Assembly: GCA_051294375.1 (NCBI GenBank)
Contig: CM119264.1
Coordinates: 11,754,392 to 11,818,391, forward strand
Reading direction: 5' to 3'
DNA length: 64,000 nt
Source of the DNA: Paraspadella gotoi
Taxonomy: Eukaryota > Animalia > Chaetognatha
Shown: positions 55,633-64,000 of the stretch, piece after piece
How the letters are laid out: every line of letters begins with the position of its first letter
How positions within the stretch are numbered: the stretch's first letter is position 1
Notes under the pieces: generated by a model
What the model saw: only the letters and a program-made list of their open reading frames with translations
Databases searched by the model: none
What the model was told of the DNA's origin: nothing
Made by a program: the position numbers and the translations under genes

Positions 55633-55749
55633 AATGTATATTATACATGGCTCGGGTGTTTCACCAAAATTTGAAAAGTGTTCGGATCTTTATGAAATTG
55701 GTACAACCAATATAAAAATCATCCATTCATTTAATAAATAAGCTATTTA

Positions 55750-55998
55750 CATCGAGAAGAATATGTTGGGAGGTAAAAAAATAGGATTATTATGGCAACG
55801 GGAGGATAGCCTGTGATACCCGGGGCGCGGGGTATCTCACCAACTGGCGTAGGGGCTGCGGACCCTCAGTGACCGCCTCCTGTCACTGGCATGTTTATAC
55901 CGGCACCGTCACATTTAAGCCAGAACCGGGATACCCGGGGATTGAACCCGGGACGCACGGATGGAATGAGATGATTTAGCCTGCTCAGCCATTGAGAC
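55750..55998 (-). mobile_element. tRNA-derived SINE (pol III head); 3' boundary uncertain
   Basis: Minus strand reads GTCTCAA-TGGCTGAGCAGG (A box, 55980-55991) then a T-arm CCCGGG-TTCAATC-CCCGGG (B box, 55934-55952). The acceptor and anticodon stems do not pair, so it is not a functional tRNA. Confidence 0.7.
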
Positions 55999-57964
55999 GA
56001 GGCTGAGGACGGACAGCAGTGAGGCAGCTTTAAGTCTTGCTGCCACATTATACTAATTTTGTCAAAATTGGTAGAATACCCTTAGTGCTACCCTCGCCTA
56101 AAGGATAAAAAAACACACCTTGGGCACATTTTCGTCCATTGACTTAATCCTAGTGAGCCAATTCACGTCCAATGCCACCATCTAAGGATGTGTTCCAAAC
56201 TGAAACTCAGTATTTGTCTACCTCATTTCACGCATTACAAAGTTTTAAAATAAGGAATCTGTCCGATCTCCACAGACGGAAGATAGCAGCAGACTGTCAA
56301 TAATGAGTTTTTTTCACCTACTAGACGATAAATGGTCCTTTTTCAACCGGTTCCAACTCGTTCCGACGATTCCTTTGCCTGTGTTGTTGTTATCATTTCA
56401 GCGAGTGCCACAGCGTGGCTTTTCGACGGGATGGTTCAGAGTTCGAGGTACAGGTTCACGCTCACAGTTTCACGCAAGTCTCTATCGAAACTCGCACTTC
56501 CCGTCCAGAGAGAAGAGTCGAGGAAAAAAACAATGAAAGAGGACGACAACTACAACAACAACCGTCCTTCCTCCGCCGAATCCGATTTCCTCTTTACGTC
56601 TCATCAGACGATTTTCCCGCCAAAGACGACGACAACAATTCCGCTTCGAATCTTTGCGATGTTTTCCCAGAAACTCAGATGTTGATCCTTTGGCGGCGAC
56701 AGAGACGCCATTTGCTTCCGCGTTTTTTCGGAAAGAAGATTCGCGTTTGTGTTTATGTTGAAAAAAAAAAAAGCCTTAAAGACGGTCTCGTGTCAACGTG
56801 AGTGTCTTTAAGCATCCACATTTCGGCGACATCCGTTCGAGATGAGCCCAAAATTAAATATTCGCCGAGTTGCCATAAATACGAGATACTAGCGCCGACA
56901 CATTCCGGATGAAGGCCTCCTTATACCTCAAGTCACGGGCGGAAATTCCTGTGCAAACGACGCCGAAAAATCCGCGCGTCGCTTTCGATGAGCGTCCATC
57001 ATTCGGGCGTCGGTCGTCGAATCAAATGACGAGCGCCATGAATTCCGAGCGACGCCATTAAGACGAGACTAATGCGACGACGACGATAACGACGACTATT
57101 GCGACCAAGTGGACTGGTTACGAAGAGGACAAAATTCAATTATTGGATTCTAACTTTGGTGTGCCTATTTTGCCTTCTATGTAGCCATAACTAATTTAAT
57201 TTTTGTTTTTCGTATGCAAATTCGGATTTGGAACTACAGAAACCATCTAATTTTTCGTTATGACATCCTCTTGTAATACTTTTACAGTGTAAAATTTTTT
57301 TCTTGCTCCTCCGAAGAAAGACCAATAGTTTTTCCCAATCGCCAAAATTAAACCGTACAATTTAAATGATACGCGAGGAGTTCTCCACGATAAAGAAAAG
57401 AATCATGAGTTCGCCTGGCATTTCAAAGCGATTTCTAAGCGATCTCAAAGCGATCCCTGAACTATCTGAGAGCGATCTTGGCATCTGTGAGCGAAGAAAC
57501 CACAACGCGATTTCTATGCAGTCGTTCCCAACGTTTATCCGCCCATAAGCCCGACCAACGATTCGACCATCCATTTTCTCCTTCAAAAGACTTTCTTCTT
57601 CTGCCGTTCCAACTCCACCACCGATCCACCCCACCCTTTCATCTCCTCATCCTACAGTCCTGGCCAAAAAAAATAGGCCACCCTAAAACATTACGAAAAT
57701 AAATCATGATCGATTCCTTTATTATGAAAGATATCATAAGATAATAATATTTATTAAAAAAAAGAACTATTGGTAAAAATTTTATAAAAATTTGGCCATC
57801 CGTTTGCAAGTAATATTTTTTTAAAAATAAATACTCAAATCAAACAGAGCGATAGAGTACAAAAAGTGATAATTTTTTAATCTTATGTATTTAAGGTACT
57901 ACAACATTTGAATGATAATACTAATTTTCTTTTAACTTTTAAAAAATAATTATATGACATCAAT

Positions 57965-59057
57965 AAACGCCTATAAATTAAAAGAGTTCATAGTTTTTTT
58001 GCAGATCTTCAAATATAGTTTTTTCCATTTTGTTTTTAATGACTCATCATCTGGTGGCTATAGATCCTGAATGGCTGGATCAATTTCTTTTTAACTTACA
58101 TATATAAATTATTTTTTAAAAATCTACATTTTAATAATCTATATTTCTTTCTTTAGAATAGATGCACAGAACGAAAGAAATTTAACAATTAAGAGTGTAT
58201 AAACTGTATATCCAACCCCCCATTTCCTCTATTACCATCTCCTCAACCAGTCCCTTTTTTTATTTTCCTTAAATGAATAATTTTCGGAAAAACCACCTTT
58301 TTTCCACCAATTTCTTTCTTCAACAAACTACCACTACCATCTCAACCATCAGCCACCGCGCGTCCCTTCTGCCCCTAAGATCCCCGTTCCACGCTCACCA
58401 CTCTTGGGGGAGGCTGGCTGCTCCGTTTGAATTTGATAGAAGGATCGTTTTTTGAAATAATCTCGTCATTGTTCCGTCATTAATCCACCGACCGGAGAAA
58501 GGCCGGGGAGAAAACGGCCTTATAAATTAAAAGAGTTCATAGTTTTTTTGCAGATCTTCAAATAATAGTTTTTTCCATTTTGTTTTTAATGACTCATCGA
58601 CTGGTGGCTATAGATCCTGAATGGCTGGATCAAATTTCTTTTTAACTTACATATATAAATTATGTTTTTAAAAATCTACATTTTAATAATCTATATTTCT
58701 TTTCTTTAGAATAGATGCACAGAACGAAAGAAATTATACAATTAAGAGTGTAAACTGTATATTCAACCCCCTTTTTCCTCTATTACCATCTCCTCAACCA
58801 GTCCCTTTTTTTATTTTCCTTAAATGAATAATTTTCGGAAAACCACCTTTTTTCCACAAATTTCTTTCTTCAACAAACACCAACACCATCTCAACCATCA
58901 GCCTACCGCGCGTCCCTTTCTGCCCCTAAGATCCCCGTTCCACGCTCACCACTCTTGGGGGAGGCTGCTGCTTCCGTTTGAATTGATAGAAGGATCGTTT
59001 TTGAATAATCTCGTCATTGTTCGTCATTAATCCACCGACCGGAGAAAGGCCGGGGAG
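57965..59057 (+). repeat. ~545-bp direct tandem duplication (57965-58510 / 58512-59057), probably assembly artefact
   Basis: Copies nearly identical, differing mostly by 1-nt indels; immediately left of a GA tract and a 25-N gap (59131-59155). Confidence 0.9.
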
Positions 59058-59241
59058 TAGAGAGAGAGAGGAGAAGAGGGATGAGAGAGTAGAGAGAGAG
59101 AGAGGAGAGAGAGAGAGTAGAGAGAGAAAGNNNNNNNNNNNNNNNNNNNNNNNNNGGAGGAGGAGGGATGAGAGAGATGCAGAGACGAAAGACGAGAGAG
59201 CGGAGAAGAGAGAAGAGAGAGAGAGAGAGATGAGAGAGGAG

Positions 59242-59272
<31 letters not shown>

Positions 59273-59277
59273 AAGAG

Positions 59278-59890
59278 AGACTTGCCATCTGTTCAAAGTC
59301 GATTGTCACGGTCCATTTCAAAATTCTCTAGCGCCATTATTTCTTACCCGCTGACTCTTTGTCTCCCTTCATCTCGCCTGCGATTTTCTATGCGTTATAT
59401 GTGTTATGCTATGTTACATGCGAAATATTTTTTATGAAAAAAAACCAAATTCTCTAATTCGTTTCGCTTCTCGTTCAACCTCTGATCCCATATTTTTCTA
59501 CATCTCGTACTTCCCATTTTACCACCCTTTCGCCACTTCCAACTGCCACTTTCTCCCACTTCTCAGCCCCACCCACTCCTACTTCCCACCCAATCGACCT
59601 CCCGCGACAAAGGCGTCACTTTCGACGCCATCTCCAGTCATTTCCAGAAAAGACGAATTCGCCAGACTGGGGAAACTTTGGCGTCATTCCGAGCCTCAGC
59701 TGTCGTTGGGGATTGTCGTGTTCGTCGTCGTTTGTCGTCGTCGTCTCGGGTTGATGGTAATGATAATGGTCTTGAGTTTCTAAAATACACTTTCGTAATA
59801 ATTTTTGGAATAATTTTTCTGGTAAATCGGTTGATCGTGACCGTCTCTCTTGCAGCGAGAGGGGATGAAAAATGGTAAACAAAATCATTG

Positions 59891-59965
<75 letters not shown>

Positions 59966-61658
59966 GAGAGAGAGAGAGAAATAGAGAGGAAGAGAGAGAG
60001 AGAGAGAGAGAGAGTTTCTCTTTTTTTCGTTGGATTCCAACTCTTTTCTTTTTCGTCGCTTCTACTTAACAGAGAGAGTTTTTCGCAACAGAAAAAACTC
60101 CATCTCCAAAAAAACAAGGCGGAATAACCACAACTTCACATCCCTCAGCTCCAGTTTCATCCTCGCCAACAAGAAAAAAGGTTGGAATCTTCTCTCGTAA
60201 CCAAAAAAAAAACGAAAAAAAAAAACTGCGCGTCGTCAGCCAAAAAGAAAAAAAGGCAGCGACGCAGCGGCGGACGCAGATGGAATGCAGCGGAGGACGC
60301 GGCGCCGCTGTCTTCCTTCCAATTCGTAGATCATTTTCCCTTTTTTCACCACAATACTGACGTTTCTTTTTGGGCGTTTGTTTTTGTATCCGCTTTATAT
60401 TTGTGATTGTGCGTTGCGAGGTTAACGTCGATAACCGTTAATTTTTAGGAAATTCGCTTAACCGTTAAAAACTAACATTTTTAACGGTTAACCGTTAAGA
60501 TCGGTTAATATCAATTTAACTTAAATTTAAAATATTAAGATTTAAAACAAACGAATATATTATATATTTTTCTCTTTAACTCTGGCTCTTTAATGCGCCT
60601 AATAAAGACTTGAAACAGAGTCGAAACATGTCTGTTTTTTATGTCAAATAAATTGTTGTTGTAACAAAACAAAGATTATTGCTAATCTCATAACACAACG
60701 AACAAAAGGATACCATCAAATTCTATTCTATATTTTGTTTTCTCTTTCTCTCTTTTGCTTTTTTTTTTTCTTTTCTCAACTTCTTCTCTTCCTCATTATT
60801 TTTGTAGTTGTTAGTTTCTGATTATTGATAGACTGGTTGATTTATCGATTGATCAAAAGATTTATTGATAATAAATATATTTTTCAGTTTAATTAAAAAG
60901 TATATCATCATTATTGAAGGATAGTTTTAGTTAGCCTTAATGTCTTTTTAAGATTCGTCCTTCTATTAATCTCTCTCTATATGTCAAAGAGAAGACTTGC
61001 CATCTGTTCAAAGTCGATTGTCACGGTCCCATTTCAAAATTCTCTAGCGCCATTATTTCTTACCCGCTGACTCTTTGTCTCCCTTCATCTCGCCCTGCGA
61101 TTTCTTATGCGTTATATGTGTTATGTATGTTACATGCGAATATTTTTTATGACAAAAAACCAAATTCTCTAATTCGTTTCGCTTCTCGTTCTAACCTCTG
61201 ATCCCATATTTTCTACATCTCTACTTCCCATTTTACCACCCTTTCGCCACTTCCAACTGCCACCCTTTCCCCACTTCTCAGCCCCACCCACCTCCTACTT
61301 TCCCACCCAATCGACCTCCCGCGACAAAGGCGTCACTTTCGACGCCATCTCCAGTCATTTCCCAGAAAAGACGAATTCGCCAGACTGGGGAAAACTTTGG
61401 CGTCATTCCGAGCCTCAGCTGTCGTTGGGGATTGTCGTCGTCGTCGTCGTTGTCGTCGTCGTCTCGGGTTGATGGTAATGATAATGGGTCTTGAGTTTCT
61501 AAAAATACACTTTTCGTAATAATTTTTGGAATAATTTTTCTGGTAAATCGGTTGATCGTGACCGTCTCTCTTGCAAGCGTAGAGGGATGAAAAATGGTAA
61601 ACAAAATCATTGCCAAGAGAGAGAGAGAGAGAGAGAGAGACGGAGACGAGAGAAGGAG

Positions 61659-61699
<41 letters not shown>

Positions 61700-62674
61700 T
61701 TTTTTTTCGTTGGATTCCAACTCTTTTCTTTCGTCGCTTCTCTACGAGAGAGGTTTTTCCAAAAAAACTCCATCTCCAACAAAACAAGCGGAATAACCAC
61801 ACTTCACATCCCTCAGCTCCAGTTTCATCCTCGCCAACCAAGAAAAAGGTTGGAATCTTCTCTCGTAAACCAAAAAAAAAACGAAAAAAAAAACTGGCGT
61901 CGTCAGCCAAAAAGAAAAAAAGGCAGCGACGCAGCGGCGACGCAGATGGAATGCAGCGGAGACGCGGCGCCGCTGTCTTCCTTCCAATTCGTAGATCATT
62001 TCCCTTTTTTCACCACAATACTGACGTTTCTTTTTGGGCGTTTGTTTTTTGTATCCGCTTTATATTTGTCGATTGCGGTTGCGGAAATGGTCATTTGCGA
62101 GCCGGTCAAAGACTAGAGTTCCGATAACCGTTAATTTTTTAGGAAATTCGCCTTTACCGTTAAAACTAACATTTTTAACGGTTAACCGTTAAGATCGGTT
62201 AATTTTATAATTTAACTTAAATTTAAAATATTAAGATTTAAAAAAACAAACTAAAGTATTTAATGGTATTTTCTCTTTAACTCTCTGGCTCTTTAATCGC
62301 CTAATAAAAACTTGAAACAGAGTCGAAACATGTCTGTTTTTTATGTCAAATAAAATTGTTGTTGTAACAAAACAAATATTATTGCTAATCTCATAACACA
62401 ACGAAACAAAAGGATACCATCAAATTCTAATTCATATTTTGTTTTCTCTTTCTCTCTTTTTTGCTTTTTTTTTCTTTCTCTCAACTTCTTCTCTTCCTCA
62501 TATATTTTGTAGTTGTTAGTTTCTGATTATTGATAGACTGGTTGATTTATCGATTGATCAAAAGATTTATTGATAATAATATATTTTTCGTTAATTAAAA
62601 AGTATATCATCATTATTGAAGGATAGTTTTAGTTAGCCTTAATGTCTTTTTAAGATTCGTTCCTCTATTATTAA
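59278..62674 (+). repeat. ~1.7-kb direct duplication (59278-60970 / 60993-62674), probably assembly artefact or uncollapsed haplotype
   Basis: Both copies start 'agacttgccatctgttcaaagtcgattgtcacgg' and run colinearly to '...taagattcgt'; differences are mostly homopolymer indels; adjacent to the 25-N gap. Confidence 0.92.
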
Positions 62675-63235
62675 TTTTAAAATTTTTAAAATAATTTTTT
62701 TTATTTGGTTTTTATTATTTTTTTTCATTCATTTGGTTTTATTTCATTTGCTTCTTCGATCGTTTTAAAAAGAAGGAAAGAAAAAAGAGAAAAAGTAAAA
62801 TAAAGAGGATTATTTTATTTTTATCTAAATTGAATATATATTATTGCATGGAAGGGCCAAAAAAAAAAAGGAGAAAAAGAAAGGGGGAAAGAAAAAGGGA
62901 AAAGTGAGAAAGAAAAAGAAAAAACAGGAGGAGATAAATAAAGAGTAAGAAAGAATAAGAGAGAGATTAGGATAGAAAAAAAATAAAGGAAAAAAGCAGG
63001 GAAAAAGTGTAGAAGAGAGAGAGGGGATAAAAATATGGTGAGAAGGGAGAGGAGAATAAGAGAGAACAGGAAAAAATAGTTTTTTTTTTAAATTTAAAGA
63101 ATTTCATACCAAAAATGAAAAAAATCACATTGAAAATTAACCGAATTAACCGTTAAAATAAATATATTAACGGTTAAGTTAAAATGATTTCTTAACGTTA
63201 ATAACCGTTAACAGTTAACGGTTATCGGAACACTA
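62114..63235. mobile_element. Non-autonomous hAT-superfamily DNA transposon (MITE-like), 1122 bp
   Basis: Left end TAGAGTTCCGATAACCGTTAA vs reverse complement of right end TAGTGTTCCGATAACCGTTAA (20/21 identical); perfect 8-bp TSD TCAAAGAC at 62106-62113 and 63236-63243; clustered subterminal AACCGTT/AACGGTT repeats; no transposase ORF. An 8-bp TSD with TAG termini is typical of hAT elements. Confidence 0.9.
62301..62334 (+). other. Decayed minimal hammerhead-ribozyme-like motif (Penelope-like element relic); second copy at 60599-60632
   Basis: CTAATAA-A-(G/A)ACT-tgaaacag-AGTC-GAAAC-AT-GT-C: stem II, GAAA and palindromic stem III (ACATGT) present, but the CUGAUGA core carries two G>A changes; AATAAA follows about 15 nt later. 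Confidence 0.35.
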
Positions 63236-64000
63236 TCAAAGACCCGTTTATGCAATCTAAAAAGAATAATTAAAATAGGTATCGTTTCCATTTCTTGTAA
63301 CATGTTTAATGTACATATACCGTATAACTATAATCAAAAAAGTAATAAGCCATTTTAATTAATCTAAATGCCATTTAAGAATCCAGGTGCCAGCGAAGCA
63401 TCCATATTTCCCCGCAGCCTTGAAATCTCTTTCTCCGAAGAGAAAAGGTAAAGGAGACACTCGAAACATCACCCCAACTAAATCCCTCTTCAATGCGGAT
63501 CTTTTTCCCATTCGCTCCGCTATTTCCTTCCCTTTGGATACACCGGGCCTGCCCCCAAAAAGGCAAAATTGCAAAATTTATCTCGGAAAAATACACTGCG
63601 AAATGTAAAATTGTACAATGCCTATTGTATCTAGACATTGATTCACATTCAATTTTAGCGCCAGTTAAAAATCCGCTCGTCGTCTTTGTCTCATCGCGAG
63701 GTCAGCGATAATCATTAAACCATCCTCTCACCATCCATAACCCTTAAAGGCGCCATCTCTAAAACCCCTGGCGCCGCCACATTTCCCACGTCCGCACGAC
63801 ATTCCCTTTCCCCCCCCCATCCGCCCCCCTCTTCCCTAGCACTCATCCAGAATGGCGCCTGAGTTCAAGGCGTCAATCATAAAAACGGATTTAGTTTGGC
63901 GCTTTGTAAAAAAAAGGGGGTTAAGAAAGAAAATCACAAAGAGGAAAAAAAAAAATCGCTGACAAAAAAGCGAAGAAAAGAAAGAAATAAAGGCATAGTC

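Noticed and set aside
54979-55741. Long ORFs of 219-235 aa (also 3482-4107)
   Set aside because: They consist mostly of X residues translated across N gaps.
55926-55998. Functional tRNA gene
   Set aside because: A/B boxes and T-arm are present but the acceptor and anticodon stems do not form; SINE-like.
56303-56801. Three overlapping plus-strand ORFs
   Set aside because: All frames are open over simple-sequence DNA and no motif is recognisable; a small exon cannot be excluded but is unsupported.

Overview
Gene-poor, microsatellite-rich eukaryotic (metazoan-like, probably invertebrate) genomic DNA from a gapped draft assembly; the species cannot be determined from the sequence. I could not identify any host protein-coding gene, rRNA, functional tRNA or CRISPR array, and most listed ORFs come from (GA)n, (GAAA)n, (CGA)n or N runs. 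Best-supported features: (1) a ~5.2 kb, apparently full-length but frameshifted non-LTR retrotransposon (zinc-knuckle ORF1; APE endonuclease + RT; minus strand, ~37776-42951) whose 3' end abuts a (TC)n tract, with a second ~90-bp 3'-end copy inside another (GA)n tract at 21313-21402, suggesting TC-microsatellite targeting; (2) a 1122-bp non-autonomous hAT-type element with 21-bp TIRs and a perfect 8-bp TSD (62114-63235), carrying a decayed minimal-hammerhead-like motif; (3) a tRNA-derived SINE head (~55750-55998) and a small Helentron/HINE-like element (13962-14118); (4) indel-rich direct and inverted duplications beside 25-N gaps that look like long-read gap-filling artefacts. The unique DNA resembles a long intron or regulatory desert: CpG-rich islands with RFX X-box, Hox/Pbx, YY1/Pho and CCAAT motifs, a strong recursive-splice-site motif (31355/31356), an Inr+DPE match and a few weak orphan exon candidates. 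The regulatory interpretations are inferences from short motifs.
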